64,000 nt of DNA from NCBI GenBank assembly GCA_030390025.1, contig CM059432.1:136774001-136838000 (forward strand). The letters are read 5' to 3'. Shown here piece by piece: positions 26,601 to 38,607 of the stretch. The DNA comes from Squalus acanthias. Its lineage: Eukaryota. Position 1 is the first letter of the stretch. Every line of letters begins with the position of its first letter. The notes under the pieces were generated by a model. It was not told where the DNA came from and made no database searches. It saw nothing but the letters and a program-made list of their open reading frames with translations. The translations under genes and the position numbers were made by a program.

Positions 26601-28290
26601 AGCACTCTTCCTCTCCCCGAGCTCACACTAGCACTCTTCCTCTCCCCGAGCTCACACTAGCACTCTTCCTCTCCCCGGAGCTCACACTAGCACTCTTCCT
26701 CTCCCCTGAGCTCACACTAGCACTCTTCCTCTCCCCTGAGCTCACACTAGCACTCTTCCTCTCCCGGAGCTCACACTAGCACTCTTCCTCTCCCCTGAGC
26801 TCACACTTGCACTCTTCCTCTCCCCGGAGCTCACACTACCACTCTTACTCTCCCCCGAGATCACCCTAGCAATCTTCCTCTCCTCAGAACTCACACTAGC
26901 ACTCTTCCTCTCCCCCGAGCTCACACTAGCACTCTTCCTCTCCCCGGAGCTCACACTAGCACTCTTCCTCTCCCCTGAGCTCACACTTCCACTCTTCCTC
27001 TCCCCTGAGCTCACACTAGCACTCTTCCTCTCCCCGAGCTCACACTAGCACTCTTCCTCTCCCCTGAGCTCACACTTGCACTCTTCCTCTCCCCGAGCTC
27101 ACACTAGCACTCTTCCTCTCCCCCGAGATCACCCTAGCACTCTTCCTCTCCCCCGAGCTCACACTAGCACTCTTCCTCTCCCCTGAGCTCACACTCGCAA
27201 TCTTCCTCTCCCCAGAACTCACACTAGCACTCTTCCTCTCCCCTGAGCTCACACTTGCATTCTTCCTCTCCCCTGAGCTCACACTAGCACTCTTCCTCTC
27301 CCCGGAGCTCACACTAGCAATCTTCCTCTCCCCCGAGCTCACACTTGCACTCTTCCTCTCCCCTGAGCTCACACTAGCACTCTTCCTCTCCCCCGAGCTC
27401 ACACTTGCACTGTTCCTCTCCCCTGAGCTCACACTAGCACTCTTTCTCTCCCCCGAGCTGACACTAGCACTCTTCCTCTCCTCCCAGCTCACACTAGCAC
27501 TCTTCCTCTCCCCCGAGCTCACACTAGCACTCTTCCTCTCCCCCGAGCTCACACTAACACTCTTCCTCTCCACTGAGCTCACACTAGCACTCTTCCTCTC
27601 CCCCGAGCTCACACTAACACTCTTCCTCTCCCCTGAGCTCACACTAGCACTCTTCCTCTCCCCTGAGCTCACACTCGCAATCTTCCTCTCCCCAGAACTC
27701 ACACTAGCACTCTTCCTCTCCCCATAGCTCACACTTGCATTCTTCCTCTCCCCTGAGCTCACACTAGCACTCTTCCTCTCCCCGAGCTCACACTTGCACT
27801 GTTCCTCTCCCCTGAGCTCACACTAGCACTCTCCCTCTCCCCTGAGCTCACATTTGCACTCTTCCTCTCCCCCGAGCTGACACTAGCACTCTTCCTCTCC
27901 CCCGAGCTCACACTAGCACTCTTCCTCTCCTCCGAGCTCACACTAGCACTCTTCCTCTCCCCGAGCTCACACTAGCACTCTTCCTCACCCCCGAGCTCAC
28001 ACTAGCACTCTTCCTCTCCCCCGAGCTCACACTAGCACTCTTCCTCCCCCGAGCTCACACTAGCACTCTTCCACCCCCAAGCTCACACTAGCACTCTTCC
28101 CTTCCCCTGAGCTCACACTAGCACTCTTCCACCCCCCGAGCTCACACTAGCACTCTTCCTCTCCCCCAAGCTCACACTAGCATTATTACACTCCCCGAGC
28201 TCACACTAGCACTCTTCCACCCCCCGAGCTCACACTAGCACTCTTCCTCTCCCCCGAGCTCACACTAGCACTCATTTTCTCCCCCCTCAC
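11680..28290. repeat. Large minisatellite array, 29/30-bp unit GAGCTCACACTAGCACTCTTCCTCTCCCC(C), roughly 550-570 copies
   Basis: Tandem repetition read directly over ~16.6 kb with degenerate units at both edges. It generates the SSGERKSASV ORFs. Copy number is estimated as length divided by unit size. Confidence 0.98.
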
Positions 28291-29809
28291 TCTGTTAGTT
28301 CCCGCCGGCACGTTTCTGTACCGTTGGATGTCCTATTCAAATTGACGCAATTAAAAATCGACTTTCTGCGCACCAGAATGTCAGGAAACGTTGCAAAGTG
28401 TCCGCTGCCACCAATTTAATTTTGAAATGAAGCTCCTACCAGATTAAGGCAGGTATTTCCTCCAGCTTGGAAATATTGGCAGAAAACGTGGCTGGCATTA
28501 AAGTAGGCGGGGTTTCAGCGGAATGGAACAATTTTCCTTTTTCCAATTATGGGCTGTCCGATTGACGTCTATAAAATGGACGGTCTCCATTGACAAATTT
28601 CGGCTTACCTGTCTAATATCTTGTCTTACGTTGGTGATCGGTTTTTATAAAAACACAATGATCAAGTGATTCAGTGGCCAGGACAAGGATGTGCTTGCTG
28701 AATATAAGCAGATGTAGCCCAACAGTGCCAGGAGATAAACTTTTTTTTAAGGTTAAAAACCCTCGAGTACCAGCACACTAAAGTGTTTTCCAACAGCTTT
28801 TTCTTTACTGTAGCCATGCAATCTCTTTTTATGACCTCTATATTAGAGGGATGATGGGCAATTTTTCTTCCCTGTGTAGACAGACAGGGCCAAAGACAAG
28901 TTATGAAGTCTGGGAAATAGTTAAAGGCAATAAGTACTTATCTACTGCAACAAAAAAAAGATTGGTTACTAGTAATCAATAAAAAGCTTTTTTTTAACAG
29001 GTCCTTTTAAGGAATTGTGTATGATGTGGTGTGCTCAGTAACAATTTTTTTGCAGGCGCATCACAGTGAGGGACACTGGTTCATGTAAGGTTCACCTATT
29101 ACACTGCCCTTCTACCAGCTGGAGGCTAACCAGGCTGATAACCCCAAACCGCCTCAGCACAGACCCAATGATTTTTACATCAAGCAGCCTGATGTACTGC
29201 TCTGCTGTCTACCAATCCTGTTCCACCATTGATCCATTCTTAAATGAGTCTTCCCTGCTTTGTACCATGAGCAATAATTAAAAAAAGCAGCACATTGATT
29301 TTAACTAATATTATGAAGGATCTGGATGTCCACATGTTCACAATTAAATCCCAAAGACTTTAGCCATCATTCATCGGGCAACAAAGGCCGTTGATTAAAA
29401 TACAGCTGCAAAAGGGGAAACAAATGCCTCTGCAATTAAACATGACAAAAAGTGGAGGTTTTTTTTGGTGTTTTTATTATAAATCTCCTCAGCCGCTGAG
29501 ATTATGGGCTCTCGTTTCTTTTGCACGCTTACACAAAATGGTGAAAGGCTGGAGAGACAGACAGATGCCTGAGTCTGATGTTTTCACTGCCACCATGGTG
29601 CCAATAGACTTGCCCTCGTAGGCGAATGAGCGAGCTCTGCTCCCTGAAAGACCAACGTCAGTGTGTTGGTCGCTCCGCTGATGCACCGTTGAGACCTTCT
29701 CTCCCGCTCGTTTTCATTTTACGAAGTTGGCTTTGCAGATTTTATTTAAAGGTTTTTTTTAAAAAGAAGAAAATGCCGGAATTTGGTCTGGAGGTTACGG
29801 AGTCAGTCA

Positions 29810-30000
29810 CATAGAATTACGTCGAATTTACAGCGCAGGAACCAGCCATTCGACCCAAATGGTCAATGCCAGCATTGAGACTCCTCCCACCCCTCTTCAT
29901 TGAACCCTATCACCATAACCTTCTATTCCTTTCTCCCTCATGTGCTTATCTAGCTTCCCCATAAATGCAGCAATGCTATGCAGTTGCCTCATGACTGTAC
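29810..30000 (-). mobile_element. CR1-type LINE 3' end fragment
   Basis: Minus translation SIAAFMGKLDKHMREKGIEGYGDRV plus the same 3' UTR as other copies. Confidence 0.8.
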
Positions 30001-31029
30001 AGGAGCAGCGAGTGGCTTTCCAATTTAAATGTGATTGATGTGGGAAATGGACTCGTAAACTGCAGTATGTTGGCAGGAATGACAATGAGTGCAACTGTTG
30101 CACTGATGCAAGGGCACAAAGGCTGTTTTTGGTCATTGCCATCGTGTTCTGGGCCACTTCGTTGGCACAAGCATGGAATACCAGTGCCAAAATTTGAGAA
30201 CCAGGATTGCAGTATCTCAGAAGTGTGCGGGGGAGGGAGTGGGCCAGACAAGTGAGAGCAGGCCCCATTGTTACAGTTTTTGCCCTCTTAGACACTTCGA
30301 AATGCCACTTTACATACAAGACCAGCGGGCCTTACCATAACATAAAAAGAAAACAAAATTAAAAATAAACATGAAAAAAAAATACTACTTCGGACAGAAA
30401 CAGGAATACTGAAATTCATTTTTATTTTATATTAGAGGCAACAATAATAATTAAACGACAAAGTCAATAGGCGAGAGGGCTACTAACCTGACTATGGTGC
30501 TTATGTCACATACTCTCATATATGCAATAAAACAGTCCAAATGCTGCCTAAAGGTGAGCAAAGCTCAAGTATCTGCTTCGCCTGTCATTTAAATAAAACG
30601 TAAAATGTTGCCTAGCTCTGGGTGTCAATTGACGTCATTGCTCTTCTCAAGAACGAACATGAAATATTTACTCGGGGCAACATTTGTCCCATTTAAGAAA
30701 AATGTTAAATGGGGAGGAAACTGTTGGGGGAATATTTTTTTGCTCAGGGTGCTTCGCATTGTACAGAACACAACAATATACTTGCCAGGGATTTCTTTAA
30801 CTTTAAAAGAAGGAACTTTACTCTTGTCATGGAGACCTTTGAGAACAGTTTTCCTCCTTCCCAGTGATGTCAATTATGGGGAACCAACCTGGGCATCCCA
30901 GAGCAGTGCGGGTGCAATTTCAAGCGGACCTGAGGCCTGCTCACTATTTATTTTCTAGCCTCCCCCTCAGTCATGCAGCAACTGTTTCAGCGCAGATAAG
31001 TGGCAAACTCTCAGCTTCGAAGGAAGAAG

Positions 31030-31258
31030 GCAGGAAGGAAGGAAGAAAATTGGCGCACAACAAACTCCCACAAACAGCAATGTAGCAATATGATAATGGC
31101 CAGATAATCTGTTTTTTTTTAGTGATGTTGAGGGATAAATGTTGGCCAGAACACCGGGGAAAATTCCCTGTTCTTCTTCAAAATAGTGCCATGGGATCTT
31201 TTACATCCACCTGAGAGGGCAGACAGGGCCTTGCTTTAACGTCTCATCCAAAAGGTGA
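31030..31258 (-). mobile_element. Deu-SINE internal fragment
   Basis: gggataaatgttggccagaacaccgggg...aatagtgccatgggatcttttacatccacctgagagggcagac. Confidence 0.8.
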
Positions 31259-31576
31259 GACTGAACTGGCTACCAGGAGGTGTGGAAGAGCAATGTGGGA
31301 ATAGCTTTCTTGCTGGGAGGTGCTTGGCAACGCTACTGAGATCAAGACTTCAGAAACAGGGGGAAATTAAAGACATGACCTCCCACTGCCACCGCAAGGT
31401 CTAATATCATGAATACCTCACAATTTGAATTTGAGGTAATGTTTAAATAAATAATCTGTTTGTGCTCTGAAATGGTGGAGGAACAAATTCCCCCTCATTT
31501 TTCATTCTGCCTGTTTCTTTTGTTCTGTGTAAACCTAAATGAAATGAATGAGGACCTAAGTGTCTGCCAGGAACAC

Positions 31577-32335
31577 AGGGCTACAAATTGCGTAGCGCCC
31601 CGTTTGGGGCGATAACTTTTCAGGGAGCGCAAAAGTATCGCCAGGCGAAAAAGATTTGCTGCTGCCGGGAACTTCTGCTTTAGCGCTCCAAGAGGGAAGT
31701 GGAGCGCTAAATCAAGCACTGCCACTTCCCTTAGAGCGCTAAAGGAGTGAGCGGGGGCGATAGCGGCAGAGCGCTGAGCAATGTTTGGGGAAGCGCTGCC
31801 GTCTTTACTGGCTCCTTCTCTCCCTTAAAGGGAAAGGCCAACGCTGCATTGAATGAATCTTCAGGCTGTGTCTGTTGGGCGACGGCACCTGCGCAACGCA
31901 CATGGCAGCCCCAAGCCCTCTAAGAGAGTGCAGGGCTGAGCAATCGCAGGGGCAAAAGAAAGCAGGAGGCACCAGAATGGGGACATAAATAAGTTTTGCC
32001 CTGCCTGACCACCACTGCCTTTAAATAGCGCTCCCCAAGCGGCCAGCCGAGGTGACAACACGTCCTGCAGCTGTCGTTGTTGACGCCCGGCAATTCTGCA
32101 GGGGGCGGGAGCGAATGTCACTTCCGGAAGCTAACGGGATGCCGCGCATCCGATGACAGCACGATCTATGGGGCGCTAGAGACCGAGGCAGTAAGTCTTA
32201 GCACCAGCGCAAATCCACCGGGGAAGTTCGCAGGCGTCGGTGAATTCGCCGCGCCCGGTCGGTAACCCCTTAGCGCCCCGTTATCACCCCCCGCAGGCGC
32301 TAACGGGAGGCGCAAAGCAGGTGAATTTCTCCCTC
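31577..32335. mobile_element. GC-rich non-autonomous TIR element (Harbinger-like, inferred)
   Basis: GC/CpG-rich island with imperfect termini agggctacaaattg / gaatttctccctc. Subterminal IR ggggcgataac / gttatcacccc. Repeated agcgct/tagcgcc motifs. Confidence 0.55.
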
Positions 32336-32450
32336 GTAATGTTAAATATGATCCATTTTGTTATATCAGACTGAATGGGAAGATGTGCGGAGCCATGTAA
32401 ATTGCCGTATATTGTCATTCATTTGCTGAACCCAATCTCCAGCCACACTT

Positions 32451-34226
32451 GGGGCTGAATTTTGCTGGCGCTCAGAGGGCGGGTCCGCTGTCAAAATCAA
32501 AAAGATTGACAGCGGGCTGGTATCCCGCTCTGAACCCGCCTCCTCGTCAGTTTCCCAAGTGCCGTTTCTGCCTGCGCTTTGCAGACACGGAACTAAGTGG
32601 CGGGTCATTCAATTGTGCTGGTTGAGAGGGTGTTTAAAGTAATTAAATCCCCATTTTCCCAGCTCCAAAGCAGTTTTCCACGAGGTTCCCATCGTTCGGG
32701 GTCACACCAGCTAAGTATGTCGGGTTCTGAACAACTCTCCATCTCTTTCAATAGGTCACAGCTGCAAAAGTGGTTTAAAACCTATCATTTTACAGCTGGT
32801 CACTTTCCAATGTCAGAAGCTTCAGCCTTCTGTATTTAGAACCCACTTTTGAGCTTTATGCACTTTTGAAGTGTTTGGCGTAATCTCTCTATCCACTGTC
32901 ACCTCATTGGAACAACCTATCTCAACATTGACAGATTACTTCTGTCATCTCTACCTCACCTGCCATCTATTCCATCAGCATCGGTGCCCTTGAAAAAATC
33001 ACACCTTGGTCCTCAGAATCCCAAAACGATCAGCCCCAACACCAGCATCACCGGGCACACCTGCAGCACCAACATCCACACCAACCTTCTCCGCAATCAA
33101 CTGATGCTGCACTGGACACAGGGCATCATCACCCGTGCACATTGCTGCCCGGGACGCCAGCGATGGCCTCACCATGGCCAGATTAGCTTCACTTAACACT
33201 GTACACCCTGGCTGCCACATGATACGCCAGGTTGGCATCACCCCACACCAGCACCATAAAGCATCCCTACACTGTCCAAGCCATTCCTTTCTCACTCATC
33301 ACCATTGGGGGGTGGGGGGGGGAATGTTATGTCTCACCATTCACTGCAACTCACTAACACACTTTCAAAGGTGCACACAAATCTGTCCAAGAAGGCAAAG
33401 TGGTGACAATAAGGATTTCAATGCTTGACAACACATTAACAGAAAGTTTACACAATCATTGCATAAAACACCCAAGTGCCTACCCTTATGTGTTGTTAGT
33501 TGTTATGATTGGACTAGAATGAGGGTGAATGTGGAAGGTGGCTAGTGAGATGGGGAAGTGATAATGTAGATAGAGAGGGATGGGTGGATGTGCAAGGTAA
33601 GTTGGTGTGAGTAAGGATGTGCAGGAGTAGGGTAGAGAAGGCAGAGTGATGGGGATGTGATGAGTGGCACAGCAGGATGAGGTTGAGTGTGGCTTTGTAC
33701 TAACGTTTCGTGATCTACTGAGATCATTGAAAGGTTTGTGCCACTGCAGCCTGGTCCTCCTGACAACATCCCTGCTTGTGCCCTCCTGTGCAATGTGCAA
33801 CCAGGCTGCGTTGATTTCCTGGGGAGGTCCTCCGCCCATTGGAAGGGAAGAGGACCTCCCTGTGTGCTGTGACTCGCTCTATAAGCATATGGAGGGAGTC
33901 ATGGGAGAGCCTGGGTGCAGCCCTGCACCTTTGTGCAGTGCTTGTCAGTGATTGCAGAACCTCAATGCTGTCGAACACTGACAGCACAACTGTCAAAATG
34001 AATTTGGACATGGTCCCTTTAAGGAAACCAGCTGATGACGCGTCATCAGATGATGTCATCAGACCCGCTTCCTTTTAATTGGCCGGGAACCTCGCAGGGT
34101 GGGCGTAACAAGCCCAATCAGGGGGAAATCACTCGGAGGAGGCGGGATGGAGATGGGTGCGGAGTTTGCGGCCCCTGTCTGCCCCGGCCGCACCGAACTC
34201 GCCACGGCTTGCGAAAATCGCGGCCT
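32451..34226 (-). mobile_element. Internally deleted PIF/Harbinger element carrying a Myb/SANT-like gene relic
   Basis: GC-rich ends (ggggctgaattttg at 32451, gcgaaaatcgcggcc near 34225) enclose the Myb-like relic. Boundaries approximate. Confidence 0.6.
33700..33935 (-). pseudogene. Harbinger-associated Myb/SANT-like DNA-binding protein relic (frameshifted)
   Basis: RAAPRLSHDSLHMLIERVTAHREVLFPSNGRR continues after a frameshift as AAWLHIAQEGTSRDVVRRTRLQWHKPFNDLSRS, the trihelix Myb/SANT-like pattern of Harbinger second ORFs. Confidence 0.75.
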
Positions 34227-34239
34227 TGGTGTCCAAGAG

Positions 34240-34680
34240 TCCAGGGATGCTTGAGTTCAATTATGTGGAGAGACTAGGGAAGCTGGGATTGTTCTCCTCA
34301 GAGCAGAGAAGGTTAAGGGGAGATTTAACAGAGGCATTCAAAATCATGAAGGGTTTTGATAGAGTAAATAAGGAGAAACTGTTTCCACTGGCTGAAGGGT
34401 CGATAACCAGAGGACACAGATTTAAATATTTGGCAAAAGAGCCAGGGGGAAGATGAGGAGAAAAAAAATTACGCAGCGAGTTGTTATGAGCTGGAATGCA
34501 CTGCCTGAAATGGTGGTGGAAGCAGATTCAATTGTAACTTTCAAAAGGGAATTGGATAAATAGTTGAAGGGATGAAATTTGCAGAGCTATGGGGAAAGAG
34601 CAGGGAATGGGACTGATTGGATTTCGAAGGGCTGGCACAGGTACAGTGCCTCCTTCTGTGCTGTAAAATTCTGTGATTTT
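34240..34680 (+). mobile_element. CR1 LINE 3' fragment
   Basis: PGMLEFNYVERLGKLGLFSSEQRRLRGDLTEAFKIMKGFDRVNKEKLFPLAEGSITRGH. Confidence 0.9.
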
Positions 34681-35807
34681 ATAAACTGCAGGGTTAGGAT
34701 GTAGAAACATAGCACTTTAGAGCTGGTTAATGCTCGTGTGCATTGAGAGATTGCCAAATTAGCAGGACTGCAGTAAATCTGAATATTTGGCTCTGAAGTT
34801 TACGATTCTCATCAGTAGAATCATTGGCCGCCATTTGAAAAGACAAGAGCATCAACATTGCAGTTGGCAGAAATGATAGCATTTGCTCACCAAGAACCAA
34901 ACTAATAGCAGCAAAGATCAAACTGTTAATATTCCGCTTGTTGATAATTTCACCCCCAAAAAATAGCAGAGTGAATGCAAAATGGGAAATCTCATTTTGT
35001 ATCTATAGCAACCTTTTCAGTGAAATTATCAATGGAAGGACGATACGTCCTAGGTCACAAATATTATGACCTGATATGTTTGGCATTATACCTGTGTGGA
35101 ATGAATGAAGCTTCCGAGCTCCGATAGAAGCTTTTGGAGGACATGAGTCCAAGGAATGACCGGCTCTTAGTGCCTTGTCATTAAGGACAGTTCACTCCCT
35201 GCACCCAACTTCTCACAACTTTGCACCTGTGACCTTTGTTAAACACCAATGGGCTCAATAAAACACAAGTGCCCTCAAAGGAGAAGGTCAGCCTTTAGAT
35301 GAATGCTGGATCCTCGATTCACTTCCTCCAGCCCTAAAATGCTGCCATAATACTGATTACAGAACTGAAATGATCCTACAGAGTCGTTCAATATACCAGA
35401 CAAATTAATTTTGGCAGCTTGTCGAAAGGACTAAGTTATGCCCTGTCAAAGAATCTCGAACCACACATATATGATATGAGATGACGCATCGAATGAATAA
35501 AGCTGGATGCAGTATCTATCAAAAAATTTAATCAGCAACCTTCCTTTCAACTGTACTTCCATAACATCCCTTCAAATTTTATGATTTACTTCTGTCCCAG
35601 TATGTCCTTCTCTCCTTCTCACTTTCAATTTCTTGTGTTTACTCGTTCCAACATACAGACTGTAAGCTCCTTCACAGGTTTCAGTGCAAACACTGCAGCC
35701 TAGCTCATGTCAAGTGATGGTGCAAGTGAGGACAACACGCACTCAAACACTTTTATAATAGGCCCGAGCCACCGGATTGAAGCTTTACAATCCACATTGC
35801 ATTGAAT

Positions 35808-36095
35808 AGAAAGAAAGAACTTGAATTTCTATAGCATCTTTCACAACCTCAGGACGTCCCAAAGCGCTTTACAGCCAATGAAGTGCTTTTGAAGTGTAGT
35901 CGCTGTTGTAACGTAGGAAACGCGGCAGCCAATTTGCACCCAGCAAGCTCCCTCAAACAGTAATGTGATAATGACCAGATCATCTGTTTTAGTGATGTTA
36001 TTGAGGGATTAATATTGGCCAGAACTCCCCTGCTCATCTTCGAAATTGTGCCGTGGGATATCTTATAGCCCCCTAAGAGGGTGTCAGTTTAATGT
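35808..36095 (-). mobile_element. Deu-SINE, 5'-truncated
   Basis: aagaacttgaatttctatagcatctttcacaacctcaggacgtcccaaagcgctttacagccaatg... with Deu core. Confidence 0.85.
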
Positions 36096-36109
36096 AAATT
36101 GCGGAAACT

Positions 36110-36290
36110 TTTAGTAATGAGAGCACGGCCGGCAATGGTGGAGTCATAAAAATTGGGGGATGCGCAAGAGGCCAGAATTGGAGGAGCGCAGAGATCTCGG
36201 AGGGTTGCTGTAGGGCTGGAGGAGCTTACAGAGATAGGGAGGGGTGAGGCCATAAAAACAAGGATGAGAATTTTAAAATCGAGGCGTTGG
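36110..36290 (-). mobile_element. L2-type 3' fragment
   Basis: gcacggccggcaatggtgg...gatgcgcaagaggccagaattg...ttttaaaatcgagg is the reverse complement of the L2 tail at 5866-5880 and 60880-60970. Confidence 0.7.
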
Positions 36291-36589
36291 AAACAGTTGC
36301 ATCCCGTTTTCCATCAGGATTTGGTCTGGGCACCAAAGTTAGACCCGCATTGTGTAGGCATCCTTAAGAGTTTGGAAAAACTCAGCTAGAACTGGAATTA
36401 CTTCTGACGGTTTCGATCATCCCACCAGTCCCTCCTCTTCTGGTGACGTCTACAAGGGAAGGGGGCTGCAGATGAAAGGAACACCCACTCCCACTTCGGG
36501 CGGATTTTGATTTCAGAGAGAAAAGGCGTTTAGATGCATTAGAACTGAGTCCCTCAGACCTCTTAATTTCAGCCTGCCATCACCAATTG

Positions 36590-36850
36590 CCCAGTCAGTG
36601 TCTCAGATTGATCCAAACTCTTTGCAACCTCAGTGCCCTATTTGACCCCGAGCTGAAGTTCTGACTCCATATCTTCTCCAGCACAAAGGCCGCCGACTTT
36701 CACGTCAGTAACATGGCAGTCTCCGCCCCGCCTCAGCCCACCTGCTGTTGAAACGCTCATCCATGTTTCTTTGTCACCTCCAGACTCAACTATTCCAATG
36801 CTCTCCTGGCAAGCCTCACATCCCCCACCCTCCATAAGCTTCAGCTTATC
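36590..36850 (+). mobile_element. L2-clade ORF2 fragment
   Basis: ctatttgaccccgagctgaag...gctgttgaaacgctcatccatg...cctccagactcaactattccaatgctctcctggc is similar to 10760-10940 and 5710-5770. Confidence 0.65.
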
Positions 36851-37034
36851 GGAAAAAAAATCCCGGTATCCCGACCATAATTTCTCCTTCAGCTAAAAAC
36901 AGATCCGAGTATAAATCCGTCTTGGGCGGCGGTGCAAAACGGATCATAGCGAATGGAAAAGAAAACTGTGTGGAGTTCACAACGGGTTGCCAATTCACTA
37001 TCGCCCGCTTTGCATTACCACCCAGGACAAACTT

Positions 37035-37390
37035 AGAATCAGAGAATCGTCCAGCACAGAAGGAGGCCATTCAGCTCATCGAGTCTGCACCGACTCTTTT
37101 GAAGAACAATCCTGTTATTTCTACTCCCCCGCTCTTTCCCCATATCCCTGCAATATTTTTCTCCTTCAAGTATGTATCCAATTCCCTTTTGGCTACCATT
37201 GAATCTGTATCCACCACCCTATCAGGCAGTGCATTCCATTATCTGGTTCATTTGCTAATTGTGGGACCTGGCTGTGCATAAATTGACGGCTGTGTTTGCC
37301 TGCATGACAGCACTGACTTCAAAAGTTATCCATTGGTTTTAAAGCACTGAATGTGCGATAAGGGATTGTATAAATGCAAGTTCTTTCTTT
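37035..37390. mobile_element. CR1 3' end (minus, 37035-37240) abutting a Deu-SINE tail (plus, 37240-37390)
   Basis: cagcacagaaggaggccattcagc...ccaccaccctatcaggcagtgcattcca, then ttatctggttcatttgct...taaatgcaagttctttcttt. Confidence 0.7.
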
Positions 37391-38607
37391 GCTATTGTCA
37401 AAAAAGGTCTGTTCTAAGTTCAATTGTAAGAGAAGCAGAAAATAATGACTTGTCACCAAAATTACAGTTTTGCAGAGGTATGCAGTATGCTTGAGTTAAA
37501 AAGTCAGACTCGGTAGAAAAAAAAAGAGGTCAGTTCAATAAAAAAAAAATTGCCATAGGTTTTAAAACTATGCAGAGTTTTTGAATTATAATTGGGTCAT
37601 TAATGTTTACTAAAATATTGATGAGGCCTAATTACATACATGGATTGTGTACAGCAACAAACTGCAGTCATTTTGTCTGCTCTCAGTTCTGCTTCACCTG
37701 TCACTGGAGTTGGCCCCAGAATTAAATTCAGACTGAGGGAAAATGGGTGAAATTTCTTTAATGCGTAAGGTGGATGTGTATTCTCATGACGTGTTCAAAG
37801 CCCTGGTTTCTTAGAACCTTGTATTACATCCATAGCCACAGGGATAGAATCCACTGTATTTGCACAATTTTCTTCCTTCCATTTATCCATCTCAGTCCTT
37901 CAACTTTATGGTTTATTTTGGTGTGCCTATTTTACCAGGCCTGAGTCCAGTTAAAAAAAACCACAATTTGCCTAAAAAAGTGAAATGTCGATTCTCTGTA
38001 TTTGTTTTGATACCTTGGGGCAAGATGTCCTCTGTGCTCTATGCCTAACATCCGTACACCTGTTTATAAAGAATGGGTTTACAATTTCGTTGCACGTAGC
38101 ACACAGTGAAAATCATCCCCTCATTAATTTTGATTTTTTTTTATTGAAGGATTTTTATCTCATGTGTGAAGTCCATTTGCCCTGTTAACTCCGTTTATGC
38201 CAAGGAATCCTACTAGATAAGAGTCAGTAGACTCAATCAAAGGTGTCAGCCGTGGCTCAGTGTGTAGCACTCTTGCCTCTGAGTCAGAAGGTTGTGAGTT
38301 CAAGCTCCTCGCCAGAGACTTGAACACAAGATCGAGGCTGACACTCCAGTGCAGTGCTGAGGGAGTGCTGCACTGTTGGAGTGTGCCGTCCTTCAGATGA
38401 GCAATTAAACCGAGGCCCTGTCTGCCCGCTCGGGTGGATGTAGATAGAAGAGCAGGGGAGTTCTCCCCAGTGTCCTGGGCAATATTTATCTCTCAACCAC
38501 ATCACTAAAAACAGATTATCTGGTCATTAGCACATTGCTGTTTGTGGGAGCTTGCTGTGTGCAAATTGGCTGCTGCATTACAACAGTGACTACACTTCAA
38601 ATAAAAA

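Noticed and set aside
11680..28290. 30-bp repeats as a CRISPR array
   Set aside because: Units are head-to-tail with no unique spacers, there are no cas genes, and the context is vertebrate.
30625..30873. IPGKYIVVF as a subtilisin I9/PCSK9-like prodomain motif
   Set aside because: Nine-residue resemblance only, with no supporting flanking sequence or other exons.
34032..34062. CTGATGA on both strands as a hammerhead core
   Set aside because: It is a palindrome with no stem II followed by a GAAA box.
38245..38320. tRNA gene
   Set aside because: It is the tRNA-derived head of a SINE, contiguous with the Deu core, and does not form a complete cloverleaf.
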